Below are positions 25,101 to 36,082 of a DNA stretch of 64,000 nucleotides, piece by piece. The notes below the pieces were generated by a model, which searched no databases, was not told the origin of the DNA, and saw only the letters and a program-made list of their open reading frames with translations. Each line of letters starts with the position of its first letter. Position 1 is the stretch's first letter. The stretch is from Ruditapes philippinarum (lineage: Eukaryota), in assembly GCF_026571515.1 (NCBI RefSeq), contig NW_026859592.1:124001-188000 (forward strand), read 5' to 3'. A program made the translations under genes and the position numbers.

Positions 25101-25914
25101 GGATGATGTTAAGGTACATAAATATTTTGAAGTATGAGGTTGACCTTAAACAAATAAAGAAGTAAAAGTAAAAAATAGTATTTTTTGAGGAAAATTCTAA
25201 GCTCAAGGGGAGATAAATCTGAAAATATTCGGTGCTAGAGTTATGAACCTTGTCACATAAGATGGGGATGATGATAAGGTAACATATATTTGAAGTATGA
25301 GGTTGATCCCTTAACAAATAAAGAAGTAACAGTAAAAAATAATATTTTTTGAGGAAAATTCTAAGTTCAAAGGGAGATAAATCTGAAAATATTGGAGCTA
25401 GAGTTATGAACCTTGTCACATAAGATGTGGTTGATGATAAGGAACATACATTTTAAGTTTGAAGTTGATACCTTAAGAAATAACAAAGTTATAGTGAAAA
25501 ATATTTTACTGCACCAAAACTTTAATCTGAAATCTGGACGCGGACGCCGGGGCGAGTAGGACAGCTCTCCATATACTTCGTATAGTCGAGCTAAAAAGTG
25601 AGTCATTTAACATAATTGATGGTGTACGTAATTATTTCAGTACATCATGTTTTGCTGAATTTCTGATCCATATGTTTCATGTAAATTTGAACAGAATAAA
25701 TGCCAGTGATGAAGCAGTTATTTATGTAGTCATGACAGATCTTCTATATTTAGACTTGTATTTTTATAATGGTGTATATATTATTCAGTTAATAAGAACT
25801 AGAACAAGATCGTCATTTACCTTGGCATAATATTCTGTGCCTGTGCCTTCTGAACGAACTGTTGCATTGCTGCCTTTTCTGTAAGGGAGGTCATCCTCTT
25901 CTAACTGAACAGTT
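1..25914 (-). CDS. ARHGAP32: Rho GTPase-activating protein of the ARHGAP32/ARHGAP33 (CdGAPr) family, PX-SH3-RhoGAP plus long disordered tail; span of 18 shared coding exons, 3' end outside window
   Basis: The spliced translation contains family motifs RFPKLQDCAHFHY, LHRCIFDRKFS (PX), WWRGKRGFEVGFFP (SH3), ERVFGCDLGEHL, DGIYRLSG (arginine finger), YFRELPNPLLT, NLAIVWAPNLLR, RLLSLEEAR and RSAKSAESL. All introns are GT-AG with matching phases. ARHGAP32 versus ARHGAP33 cannot be resolved; an invertebrate gene is likely co-orthologous to both. Confidence 0.93.
1527..2081 (-). repeat. Coding tandem repeat, about 11 copies of a roughly 17-aa unit (NQSFSSSEASPxSRQKx)
   Basis: Translation of the giant exon; about 51-bp periodicity. 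Confidence 0.85.
4195..5825 (-). mobile_element. DINE-1/HINE-like (Helentron-derived) non-autonomous element with about eight 169-bp internal repeats
   Basis: Terminal hairpin tcccccttttt...aaaaggcggggga near 5790-5820, (GGAC/AGAC)n microsatellite near 5720-5776, gtgaccttgacctt units at 169-bp spacing, other end aacaaga. Confidence 0.85.
6167..6319 (-). CDS. ARHGAP32: Coding exon (DKENASPNKYRSMSVESPRP...DVNPN)
   Basis: acag| acceptor, |gtgagt donor, 153 bp, phase 1-1. Confidence 0.88.
6695..6880 (-). CDS. ARHGAP32: Coding exon (TLTFDAGERK...RIRSAKSAESLLS...HILA)
   Basis: tag| and |gtaaat, 186 bp, phase 1-1; RSAKSxESL motif as in ARHGAP32. Confidence 0.9.
7119..7234 (-). CDS. ARHGAP32: Coding exon, basic segment (KKGAKEVKGKKSPGGIKSLF...)
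   Basis: tag| and |gtaaat, phase 2-1, joins both neighbours in frame. Confidence 0.9.
7783..7975 (-). CDS. ARHGAP32: Coding exon (RPKSLAISTPTRLLSLEEAR...YIDVGGGP...YHTVLDLP)
   Basis: cag| and |gtaagt; conserved post-GAP motifs of the CdGAP/RICS family. Confidence 0.93.
8318..8460 (-). CDS. ARHGAP32: Coding exon, RhoGAP C-terminal part (SKELETGGGAAALQGVGIQAVVTEFLI...)
   Basis: tag| and |gtatgt, phase 2-1. Confidence 0.93.
8663..8886 (-). mobile_element. Degenerate tRNA-derived SINE, same family as 14473-14710
   Basis: Shared segments (ctttact..tg.ag.aaga.ctca, tcacatgaaa..atccaa.gtccct, ggggcaagtg) and gttt tail. Confidence 0.7.
8979..9163 (-). CDS. ARHGAP32: Coding exon, RhoGAP (QQLPPPHYRT...NLAIVWAPNLLR)
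   Basis: tag| and |gtttga, phase 0-2; canonical RhoGAP motif. Confidence 0.95.
9768..9912 (-). CDS. ARHGAP32: Coding exon, RhoGAP (DVHSISSLLKMYFRELPNPLLTYQLY)
   Basis: cag| and |gtaagt, phase 2-0. Confidence 0.95.
10042..10258 (+). mobile_element. tRNA-derived SINE with CORE-like central segment
   Basis: A box tggccaagtgg, B-box-like ggtttaaaccc, central tccttgagcaagaaactttac; 12-bp TSD aataaatatgtt at 10030-10041 and 10259-10270. Confidence 0.85.
10492..10594 (-). CDS. ARHGAP32: Coding exon, RhoGAP arginine finger (VDGIYRLSGITSNIQKLR)
   Basis: cag| and |gtatac, phase 1-2; catalytic Arg intact. Confidence 0.95.
11067..11216 (-). CDS. ARHGAP32: Coding exon (KKHGKFISFLR...ERVFGCDLGEHLLNSGHD)
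   Basis: cag| and |gtaagt, phase 1-1; closely matches the ARHGAP32 pre-GAP segment. Confidence 0.95.
12082..12663. mobile_element. piggyBac-like MITE, copy 1
   Basis: TTAA on both sides, CCC...GGG termini, TIR related to CCCATTACTTCAT; two more copies at 46975 and 47693. Confidence 0.88.
12889..12985 (-). CDS. ARHGAP32: Coding exon, SH3 C-terminal part (VGFFPYECVEVI...)
   Basis: cag| and |gtaagt, phase 0-1. Confidence 0.93.
14473..14710 (-). mobile_element. 5'-truncated tRNA-derived SINE
   Basis: B-box-like ggattcgaatcc, (AAAC)n tail; 12-bp TSD gtaaatgggaat at 14461-14472 and 14711-14722. Confidence 0.85.
15111..15188 (-). CDS. ARHGAP32: Coding exon, SH3 (VGDIISVIDMPPTEDTIWWRGKRGFE)
   Basis: tag| and |gtaggc, 78 bp, phase 0-0; SH3 WW motif. 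Confidence 0.95.
16761..16883 (-). CDS. ARHGAP32: Coding exon, PX/SH3 junction (IDNRGNR...AAHAVKRYTAQAADEISLE)
   Basis: tag| and |gtaaat, 123 bp, phase 0-0. Confidence 0.95.
17105..17432. mobile_element. Kolobok-like TTAA MITE
   Basis: TTAA|AGGCCCATTATGCC ... GGCATAATGTGCCT|TTAA; relatives near 46.7, 60.8 and 61.3 kb. Confidence 0.8.
18330..18422 (-). CDS. ARHGAP32: Coding exon, PX domain (YLKRFSSLAGSMLNCGSVLNWLE)
   Basis: cag| and |gtatta, 93 bp, phase 0-0. Confidence 0.93.
19104..19325 (-). CDS. ARHGAP32: Coding exon, PX domain (WLVRRTLQNFRMLDQKLHRCIFDRKFS)
   Basis: cag| and |gtacac, 222 bp, phase 0-0. Confidence 0.94.
19355..19565. repeat. Degenerate minisatellite, unit about 22 bp (atcatcttaacacatatat)
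   Basis: Visible tandem reiteration. Confidence 0.65.
21623..21707 (-). CDS. ARHGAP32: Coding exon (RFPKLQDCAHFHYDTVD)
   Basis: cag| and |gtaaga, phase 2-0; family-diagnostic pre-PX motif. Confidence 0.94.
22619..23747 (-). mobile_element. HINE-like element with 170-bp internal repeats
   Basis: subTIR agtcccctaccggt near 22657 is echoed in the terminal hairpin agtcccctccggtaaaccggtaggggact; GGAC/TGAC microsatellite; repeats at 23074, 23244, 23414. Confidence 0.85.
23516..23688. mobile_element. 173-bp MITE nested in the HINE microsatellite
   Basis: Imperfect 24-bp TIRs (GTACCAAAAATTGATGTTTATGAG versus GAGCCAACATTTGATTATTATGAG); flanks ggacggac and ggacagac. Confidence 0.65.
24018..24118 (-). 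CDS. ARHGAP32: Coding exon (RGMLPSYDSQETVRASRPIS...VRRLS)
   Basis: cag| and |gtattt, phase 0-2, in frame with exon 21707. Confidence 0.85.
24411..25596 (-). mobile_element. HINE-like element with about six 165-bp internal repeats
   Basis: aacaagagctgtcac...gacagc end, subTIR agctcgacta versus tagtcgagct, units ctagagttatgaaccttgtcaca. Confidence 0.85.
25821..25914 (-). CDS. ARHGAP32: Most 5' shared coding exon (TVQLEEDDLPYRKGSNATVRSEGTGTEYYAK)
   Basis: ttttag| and |gtaaat, phase 2-0; no in-frame ATG, so it needs an upstream phase-2 exon. Confidence 0.8.
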
Positions 25915-26012
25915 CTAAAATAAGATAGACAACTCTAATTATCATATACATAAATCAAACAAGTAAAGTCTCACTGAAACAAGATAGACAACTCTTGATA
26001 TATTTCATTTTC

Positions 26013-26166
26013 TTTTTTGGTTGGTTTTTACAACGCATTATCACAGTATAGGTCATATGGCGACTTCCTCACATGAAAGAATCCAAAGTCCCTCTTAAGA
26101 TTTGAACCCACAGTGGTGAGGGGCAACTGGTTTTAAGTCAACAAACTTAACCACTTGGCCACCGAG
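26013..26166 (-). mobile_element. Internally deleted SINE of the 14473 family, retaining the tRNA head
   Basis: A box tggccaagtgg on the minus strand; ggtcatatggcgac fused directly to ttcctcacatgaaagaatcc. Confidence 0.72.
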
Positions 26167-26699
26167 CAGCAACTTGTGGTAAATATAGTTATATACCAAT
26201 CAAACAAGAAAAGTAATTTTAGTGTTGAGTTAACACATTGTCACATACAACATTCTGAAACAAGAGAAACCATTCCTTGATTTATTTATATGAATAATAC
26301 CCCTGTGCAAAACAAGTCAGTCAATTTTGATCAGATACAAGTATTCTTGCAAAGCTCATTTTCAGGAAATGTGTATAAAACCTACTGTATAATATATAGT
26401 AGATATGAAATGTAAATCATATTTTATTTTGAGATACAACAAACTGAAATGCAGCAGTTCAGCTGCAGCAACAAAACTTATCACCTTATTGTAACATTCT
26501 GTCTAAAAGATATGTAATCTTATAGATGCACAATTCTTATAGATTACCTGTATAAGAATTCATCAAATTCTCATTTAAGGATTCCCTTGGGCTAGAAGCA
26601 GCAGCTTTGCAAATTCATATCTAGAAATTGTTAACACCTTAAAACTTTCTCACAGGTTTAATATTGATGCAAGTAATGCAAATGTAAGTGATGTAAATT

Positions 26700-26942
26700 A
26701 AACAAGTGCAATGTTCAAATGAATGCAATGCCCCTAGGTGACCTTGACCTTTGACCTTGTGACCTGTAAATGGGTATAGTAGGTAGAGCTTATCCAGGTC
26801 CATACTCCTGTGAAATTTGACGGCTCTATGTGGAAAGACTACCATGTTATGGTCAAGGTTAAATTTTTGTGATGTGAAACGAAAAACGGACTGACCACAA
26901 ACAATATGCCATCCCTCTCTATTGACAAAGGGTGGGGATAAT
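26700..26942 (-). mobile_element. Short HINE-like element with a single repeat unit
   Basis: aacaag end, gtgaccttgacctttgacc core, terminal hairpin atccctct...agggtggggat. Confidence 0.65.
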
Positions 26943-27451
26943 ACCTAGTGTTATTTGTTTTTTAACACTTAAAAATAAATACAGGCACTGTTACTGTTTT
27001 GTTCTATTCTGATTATTTTCACGCATTTTGTCTGTACCAGATTATATAATTTTCAAACAACTTTTAGTTTAATCTCCCTTAAAAGGAAGCAAGACAGTTT
27101 GCTTGTCAGTCATAAAGATTACATCCATGTAAATCATACAGGATGGGAAGTAAAAGGAGTAGCAGAAGTCCTATACTTCAAGGCAACAAGTCTGGTATGT
27201 CACAGAGATGCAGAATTACAAACATGTTTTTCAAAAGAACAAAAGTGGAAGGCACAGAATGGATATCTTCAGTAGGTAAGATTATGATACAAAGATCACT
27301 GGAGAATGACCTTGTCATGCAAAGTCTAAAGGTGAATCGGAACTTGTCACTAATCAAGCAGGAAAAAAAAGTCAATTCAGTACAGAAGGGTCACACAATA
27401 GTATAAGATATCTAGACCATTGAAATGATACACCAAAACCCATGCCAATAC

Positions 27452-27552
27452 CTTAAATCAAACCATGTATAGTTACGCGGTGGACGACGGCAAGAATCTA
27501 GGTTTTTACGTCTTGTCTGTGGACTTCTATATAGGTTTTGAACCTCAAACAT
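27452..27552 (-). CDS. Candidate alternative first coding exon (MFEVQNLYRSPQTRRKNLDSCRRPPRNYTWFDL-R)
   Basis: gccATG, 33 open codons plus AG|gtattg, phase 2, locally CpG-rich. Confidence 0.6.
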
Positions 27553-28480
27553 GGCAAACTACACTTCTGGTTCCCAGCATTAGTGCAAACTAACAGGAAA
27601 TAAAAGACAGTCACTTAAATTTAACTAAAAGGAATTTGAAAAAACAAACTGCCACATCTTTCAACTGACCATAGTATAAGCATGATTTATTCTGCGAAAC
27701 TATGACAACTTTGTTCTGCATTACTGATAGTGTAAGACCAGTGTTGTTTACCTTTATGCATTAAATTCAATAAAAAAACATTTTAAAAATTTATGTGCAA
27801 AAAACTAAATTAGACATATAGGCAGGTAGTAACATTTATAAGACAGTGATTGTTACAGTACAGGTTCTCCTCTATAGGTACTAAATATTACTAAAAGTTT
27901 TGACAATTAAACATCACCTAACTTTACACAAAACATTTAATATCCCATCTTTTTCCTTTCATTTCCTTGAATTTATTAGATATTTTCAAGCAACCTTTAT
28001 TCCTTTAACATCAGGGATAACACAATTTTAAGTCAGGTGTTGATATTTTCCTACATCTTGTTCTGATCTGCATTAAAAATCTGCTACATTTTATAGGCAG
28101 CATTAAACTACAACGTATTTAAACAATGAGGAAATGCAGCAGTACCAGATACAGCCTCTCTATAATGTGTGCCATATTACTGCTAATTAATCATATTTCA
28201 AATAGTAAACATGCTTGTCTCTCATTAATATTATAACCATATGTTCACCAGTAGAACTTTTGCCAAGCCAATAATACAAGTGGTGTATTTTTGTTCCAAC
28301 ATTTCAATAGTAAATCATAGGGATGAGTACTCCATGGCACTTTCAGGAAAATTACAGGGTAAACATATTATTGTAGTGGTAAATTTATACATTAAACATA
28401 TTCTTTATTCCTTACACATTTTAATTTGATCACAGCAAAGGAATTTATTAATCAGTCAAATATCATTACATAGAACAGTT

Positions 28481-28650
28481 ATAGTCAAACATGTGAACAA
28501 AGGTCATCCAAGGGAAAGACCAAACATGACCTTTACAGACAGGTGGTTTTTATTCAGAGGTTACTTTGTGGTCTTTTTCATATATGAAGGGTTATCAACA
28601 AATGACATCTATTTAAAGGGCGGTCTTTATTTGGAGGTAGTTTTTAACTT
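28481..28650. mobile_element. Degenerate Tc1/mariner-like MITE
   Basis: tagtcaaac start and gtttgaatg end resemble decayed CAGTCAAAC TIRs. Confidence 0.45.
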
Positions 28651-29157
28651 ATTAAGTTTGAATGACTGCATGTAATTGGTGAATCTGGAAAATCAACGTC
28701 TTCCTACAGAGTCACATTTCTGATATGGCAAATTTTTTAAGTCACTAAACAATGAAGCAACACATTTCTACAATGTGTCAATTAAATCTAGTTTGTCATA
28801 CAACATAATCTATGACACTGACAAATGATAGGTTGTGTGACATTGTGTGTGAAGTGAAACAAGTAAAATGTTGATTTCTAAATTCTTTCAAAGTGCACCA
28901 TGTTGGTTTATAGGTCAAATAATTCATACCAGTATGTCAAATTAAGACTTTGTACTTTGACAGCATTAATACTATTCCAAAGAAATGAAGAAACAAATTA
29001 TTATGAAGAAATAACTTTAATGTAAAAAATATTGATGTTTCCTTTTTTATCACTACTTCCCATTTTATCTTCATTTCCCATTGTAGCCTAGCACTCTACT
29101 TTCAATTTTACATTCACTTTCCATTTACATTTATTTCCATTATTAATCATTTTACTT

Positions 29158-29311
29158 GGGAAACGGACAAAAGCACTCCCATCCAAAAAATGACAAGGCG
29201 GACATTTAAAGCCCTCCAGTGAAATTGACAGGGCGGACAGGAGGGCTTTTGTCCGCCTTGTCATTTTTGGACGGGAGTGCTTTTGTCCGGTAGGGCTTTA
29301 GTGTTACACAC
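29158..29311. mobile_element. Small palindromic Mutator-like MITE
   Basis: About 40-bp inverted arms cggacaaaagcactcc...aggcggaca; 9-10 bp TSD (c)attttactt at 29148-29157 and 29311-29320. Confidence 0.78.
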
Positions 29312-29439
29312 ATTTTACTTCCAATTCCCATTCATGTTTTCATTTACCTACACTTAAGAAACTTGCAAACTTTTGCCAATGAAGCATCATTGCAACTTCC
29401 TAATTTACCTCCTAATATAAAATAAGCATGTTTAAATCC

Positions 29440-30448
29440 AACTAGAGGATGCTTTTGTAAAAAAGCGCATGTCTCCCCCACTGCAACGGTCGCTGTGACC
29501 TTGACCTTTGACCTACTGACCATTAAAACAATAGGGATCATTTGATTAAAAAGACCAATCATCCTATGAAGTTTGAGGGTTGTAGGTCAAAAGGAACTCT
29601 AGTTATCATCCGGAAATGAGAAATTGACCAACGGTCACTGTGACCTTGACCTTTGACCTACTGACCCCAAAAACAATAGGGATCATCTGCTCTATAAGAC
29701 CAATCATCCTATGAAGTTTGAGGGCTGTAGGTCAAAAGGAACTCTAGTTATCATCCGGAAACGAGAAATTGACCAACGGTCACTGTGACCTTGACCTTTG
29801 AACTACTGACCCAAAAACAATAGGGATCATCTGCTCAATAAGACCAATCATCCTATGAAGTTTGAGGTCTGTAGGTCTAAAGGAACTCTAGTTATCATCC
29901 GGAAACGAGAAATTGACCAACGGTCAGTGTGACCTTGACCTTTGACCTACTGACCCCAAAAACAATAGGGATCATCAGCTCTATAAGACCAATCATCCTA
30001 TGAAGTTTGAGGGCTGTAGGTCAAAAGGAACTCTAGTTATCATCCGGAAACGAGAAATTGACCAACGGTCACTGTGACCTTGACCTTTGAACTACTGACC
30101 CCAAAAACAATAGGGATCATCAGCTCTATAAGACCAATCATCCTATGAAGTTTGAGGGCTGTAGGTCAAAAGGAACTCTAGTTATCATCCGGAAACGAGA
30201 AATTGACCAACGGTCACTGTGACCTTGACCTTTGAACTACTGACCCCAAAAACAATAGGGATCATCTGCTCAATAAGACCATTCATCCTATGAAGTTTGA
30301 GAGCTGTAGGTCAAAAGGAACTCTAGTTATCGTCCGGAAACGAAGAATGGACGGACGGACTGACGGACTGACGGACGGACGGACTGACGGACGGACGGAC
30401 GGACAGGGCAAAAACAATATGTCTCCCCCCGAGGTGGGGGAGACATAA
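29440..30448 (-). mobile_element. HINE-like element with six highly homogeneous 145-bp repeats
   Basis: subTIR atgtctcccc at both ends, terminal hairpin atgtctccccccgaggtgggggagacat, GGAC/TGAC microsatellite, units at 29611, 29756, 29900, 30045, 30190, 30335. Confidence 0.9.
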
Positions 30449-32326
30449 TTAAAATTTCAAATTTGGCTGCAGGGTAATCTTCAGTGGCAAGCTGTGAAAT
30501 CAATTCATGGAGAACAAAAAAACTTAACATATCTTTATCATATAGGAAGATAAAAGAGCTGTATCTTTTCTGTAAATTTTATGTTTTCTGCCTAAAGTAC
30601 ATATTTATGATGATATAGCCAATGTATTTATTTTTAGGTATACCCTCCACTTGTAAATATAATAGGAGCAGCTACCAACTAATGAGTAATGAGTTATCCT
30701 GAATTCTTTATCAATACTCACCATATATTCTGCAAGCAATTGATCACTTTTCAAATGGAATTAGAATTACTTCTTAGTAACTTGCCATTGTAACATTTCA
30801 GAACTTTTCATATGTATCACTTGCAGTTAGTAATTGACAGCTTGTCTATTGTAGCTTGTCTAATGTATCATTTGAAAATAGATGACAACTGCTCTTAATT
30901 ATACCAGCATATCTTCTTCAACCTAATGGTCCTGTAAACATGATGATCATGTTAAGGCTCCAAACATTAAAATATAAACTGGAGAGCAAATTAAGAGTAA
31001 ATAATAACATCTATTCTTAGAATATTGAAAAAAAAATTTCAATATGTTTTTTTTGTTTGCATGAATTTTGTAACCCAAGATATGAATTTGTTAAGTATGG
31101 AATCAACACAATCTTTACATTATTGCACACTATCAATCTAGAGTTCTCTCACACCAATCATACCATCTATCTTAGCATGTGTGCAGTAACTGATGCACGG
31201 CGCATCAAAATGCATCTATCTATCATACAAAACATTTCCCTAGGTTACTTTATAATGTCTTTCCGTCTTTTCATACGAAATTTTACTCGTAACCGAGAAC
31301 ATCTTAACTTTAAGCTTATGCTGTTGTCCCTTTGGCTGTATAGGTTTGACTTTTGCAAAGAATTACTATCTATATCATAGGTGAGAAAATTCATTAAAAT
31401 CTTAATTTGAGATGCATACAAATTTGGTTCCTTATCTTTTTATTTCATACAGAGCAGCTTTCTTTGAGCCGTTTTAATTTTTTAACATTTAAAATGAATC
31501 TTCTCCTATGTTAACGCAAGATAAAACTGCAACAGAGTCTATAATATAATAAGTAATAGAATGTATATCTCTACTTCAAAGCTAATTATCAGAGCATATA
31601 AACATGGTTTATTTATGAATTCATTCAAGGTCATAATACATCAACAGCTTGGGGGTCAGGACCTACTGAAATATAAATAATGTTTCATCAACTTATATAC
31701 AACAACATTCCAGACTGATGAGTCATCATTTGTCTTTTTATCCCCCTCCAGGAGAAAGTGATATAGGACACTTCTATGATCTATCTATCATTACCATTCA
31801 TTATATATATCTCGATCATCAATAACTTCCTCCCGGTTCACAGAAAATAGGTAGCTGCAAAATGGTATTAAGGAATATATATTTCTCTAACTTCCAACCT
31901 AATGTCTTGATACTTCTTTAATACAATATATTTTAGTATTCAGACAAAGAAGTCTTGTCCCTTTATGTGTACCACAAACTTAAATTATCCTTCTTGAAGT
32001 TTATAATTTAAGTTCAAATCATATAGTTTGAACATAAAATAGTGCGCACATGGGATTTTGACCATGGCTGGCTCTGAACTGGTCTATGCAATGACAGCAT
32101 GTCATCAACAATGCTTGCGATTAAAAAATAATGCACAATGCATTAAAGACCAATATAATGATAGCGAAAATAAAATCACATCACATATTTAGCTAGCTGT
32201 TTGCGTTAACAAACAATTACTTACGTATCTGATTTGACTAATAAAATATGATCATAAAAAAATCATCCCCCCAACTATCGTAATACATAAAATGTCCATA
32301 AAAATCAAAAGGAAGACACCAATCAC

Positions 32327-32352
32327 CTGTTAACTTTACTTCTGTCATCCAT
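32327..32352 (-). CDS. Candidate alternative first coding exon (MDDRSKVN-R)
   Basis: ATG, 8 codons plus AG|gtgatt, phase 2; an out-of-frame ATG lies 7 bp upstream. Confidence 0.4.
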
Positions 32353-35300
32353 TAGTCATTTACGGTCAACTTCACACATCATATTGCCGGTTAAAATACA
32401 ACTAATTTATCCAGAAATCATTATCAAAACTAGTTTATCTATGTTCTATATTCGTTTAAAGATACACCATTTTTCATGCTGACATTCATGTCAATGCGGC
32501 AACTTGTATTTTCATATCTTTTAGTGATATCTTTAAGTGATAGCACATTAATGGAGTTATATTAGAGGATTTCAAATGACAGATGATTGTCATTTACTGA
32601 TAAGCTCAACATATCTATATTTTGTCATATTCTATTCTATACCTTGCTAAATAAATGTGTTAAGGATTTGTCCCAGATAGCTATTTTCAATTTCAAATTT
32701 TCCATTCACAAAAATAAGGGATTTCGAATTTTTATTGCAATATTTGTGCAAGTGTTCCAGTCACCAACGGGCAGCTGGGTTAAACCACCAACAATATGAT
32801 AATCACTCATGACAATTTTTCTTTATTAAAATGATATATATGATGATAAATGACTCCTAATCTTTACATCTTTCATAAAATTTATTCACAATATGCAACG
32901 TTTTTTGCTTTTTTAGGAACTTATTTTAGTCACAACTCTCTTATCAGCAGTGCAGGTAGAAAGAATCAACAAATCATTTAATCAACCTGCCTTAAATTCT
33001 AATCTGTAAATTATTTCTTTGGAAAACTTTTCACCTTATATCTGACAGAAAAACAATCTAACAGTATTACTGGTCTCTACCTCCTCCTTAGTCACACCCT
33101 TGAAGAAATAAACCATGGAATGCAGGAACAACGATTTATTACATACACAGAAATGTAGTGTTCTAACACCAGGTGAGAGCATGACCAATGTTATTGACCT
33201 CTGAAACAGCTAATTACTGTTCAATGAAGAAAATTACCAAATTACAAAAAACACAACTGGTCTTGGTGAAAAAAGTCTGCTCAGTTCCAAACTGATTTAA
33301 TATATGCCATTTAATATCATGAAATGAGAATTTGTTTGCCGATGTAAAATATTGAAAGATAAAAACAAATCGTTAAAATCTGAGTGAAGAGTAACAACAA
33401 AATTACAATTACATCTTCAACACCCCATACATATCCCTACACAATACTTCGACCTCAATCCAAAGTATTCATTCGAATGTACTTTACAGTTTCCACTTCA
33501 GGCATTCCCTAAATCTATAGTTGCCATAAGAAATTCCTAATAAAATATCAAAGGAACAATAAATCTCCAGTAAAATGCCATCATGTCTACAGAATATTTT
33601 AACACAATAATTAACATGTATTTTTTTCCTTACTAAAAGCTACCCAAGCGGATATTGAAACAATATCACCCAAATCTATCACAGACTTTCTGTATAGTTC
33701 TGTGTGAATGAAAATGAGTCAAGATATAACAGTAATTAGTAGCTGTCATTAACACTCCTGTCACTAGCAGTGTTCTAATTGGGCCAATAAACCATGTCGA
33801 GCTGAGTGGAGAAATATAAGAACAAACCCTTGAAAAATTGGTGCACTATTTCGGGAATTTATTCCCCATAAAATAACAAAAGCTTGTCCAATAAAATACG
33901 AGCAATCTTCATAAAGCTTAATTAGCTTCCTTCCATGTATCTGAGTTTCTCATTGTGTAAGCTTATATTCACAGTGCTTCAATTACAACAGCTTTAAAAT
34001 TGCTTTCTTAAGTGTCAGCTCCATCAATTTAAGTGGCAGCAAAACCTAATTAAGCAAGTGCTTCGACATTCTGTGTGGGCAGAAAGAAAGTTTAGAATGT
34101 TCCACTTTTATTCTACATGTATTATTTAGTCAAGTTAACCAATAAAACAAAGAGCAGTTTTCTTATAATATCATATATGCTCACATTACAGTTACATTTT
34201 AATGGCGTCCAAGAACAAGGTCAATCAAATCAACCCTGCAACATTGTTTTCAATTTTGCCGTTTTCTTTAAGATTCCATATTTTTTCTTCAATAAGAGTC
34301 ATAAGTAATTTAAGTTAACATGTCATCAAGCAAGGTATATTAGGCCGAAAAACAAAACAAGTCAGTGTCCTCACATGCTCTTTTGTTAATGATAATGAAG
34401 ATGAGCAAGTTTCAAATATATATCAGTACATAAGTTAGTATTATACTGTTGTCACTATTGTTTTATTTAAAGTAACACAACTCTTCTTACCATGTAATTA
34501 ACCTTTACACTGCTGAAGATTATATTACGATCATTTCTTGCTCTGAATCTTGGGCTATTGGTATTGTTTAAGCTTTATAAATTTAAATATGGTAAAACTA
34601 CATGTACAATTGAGCATGGTAAAAAAAACAGAACATGTAGTCTGGTTTAATTTGACACTGCATGGACAAGAAGCAGTTAGGCCCGAGTCTGCCTTAAACT
34701 CTATACAGGTTTCATAGAACTGTTATTACTATTGCAGATGTGATAAATTTGGTTCCTAAATTACTTATAATTATCCCTTTGAAATAACACAGACAGACAA
34801 ACAGCTACAGTTACCTATCATCTTTATAGTTCAAAGTAAGCACATTTTCTGCTTACATGAGATGCTGAATAAACTTTGCAATAACATATTAACAAATGTT
34901 AATAAACTTCAATGATGTGTAAGTATTATTAAAAGACACAAAGAGTCTATAAAGTTTTTAATATGGGGCAAATTCAAGAAGTATTAGAATAGAATATGTA
35001 TCTTTGCCAATGAAAACATTTTGAAGCTGTTTCATGAAGAAATATTGGCAGGGTTTATGGTTATAGTAGTACAGTAGTAGTCTCATCATACAAACATCAT
35101 AAAATACTTGTACATTGTCCATGTTCATTTCTACATTCTTAACATGTTCTGTCTCTTATAATTTGAATATTTAACACAGGAAGTTGCTAGCAACATTTTA
35201 ATACTGGTCTTTCATAAACAACATTTTGTACAGAGCCTGGTCAAGCTGTACAACCATGTTTGGCTGGTCTGCTATATACTGGTGGGCTATAATACTACTG

Positions 35301-36082
35301 GTGGCATACACTCAAAAAGAAAATTTGCAACTTCAGTATCAACTTCATGATATTTTAATGTTTATAGCTTCTTAGGCAATTTTTCTTTAACATTTTAACA
35401 AATCATCACTTTATGTACAGCTTTTGGTGTTAAATATTCCATGCATTTGAAGACGCTGTTTATACTAGTCTTAGTAGTCTAAATTATACTGGGCCTTAGT
35501 TACTTTATAGCTTGATTATAAATGACAAAAGCTTGTGAGGCAGCCATAAAACTTTCATCGTGATATATCAAAACTGAAATTTTTTACACATATATTTCAA
35601 ATTTTGCATGTATAAAGTATATAAATTATAGACTTAAACAGCCACTATATTCTCAAAGTTCTAAAAAATATTTTGTTCACTTATTTACTTACATCAGATT
35701 CCCTTTAAGACAAACTTTCTAAGCTCTGTAGGCCTTTGTGATGAAACATAATGAGTTGAAATATGATTTATGGATTTCTAGTTTCATATTTCTAGCAATA
35801 ACCTTACCACTCCCACCTTTTTTGTGATCTTAGATATATGTATGATATAAGTATCACAATTCCTGTAATTGTATGTTTATGGATCATTCTACATGTATAT
35901 GTTGTTTTGCTGGAGAATAAATACAGATAGATATTCAATAATTGATACAAATGAAATGAAAACAACCAATATATAGCCACACATAAACAATAATCTAGAC
36001 ACTGTTAAACATAACATTACAGCCTAACAGGCTTATCAGTAAGACAAATATAACAATATTACTGAAGAATGTCTATAAATAC

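Noticed and set aside
24832-25419. 195-aa ORF, the longest in the track
   Set aside because: It is a translation of 165-bp HINE tandem repeats with no protein-like features.
29490-30345. Regular repeat arrays resembling CRISPR (also 4400-5720 and 57640-58780)
   Set aside because: Units are contiguous 142-170 bp monomers without unique spacers, lie within HINE termini, and there are no cas genes in this eukaryotic context.
30722-30729. 8-nt microexon cag|AATATATG|gtgagt
   Set aside because: The donor is strong but the length is not a multiple of three and ATG|gt is phase 0, incompatible with exon 25914; unsupported without reads.
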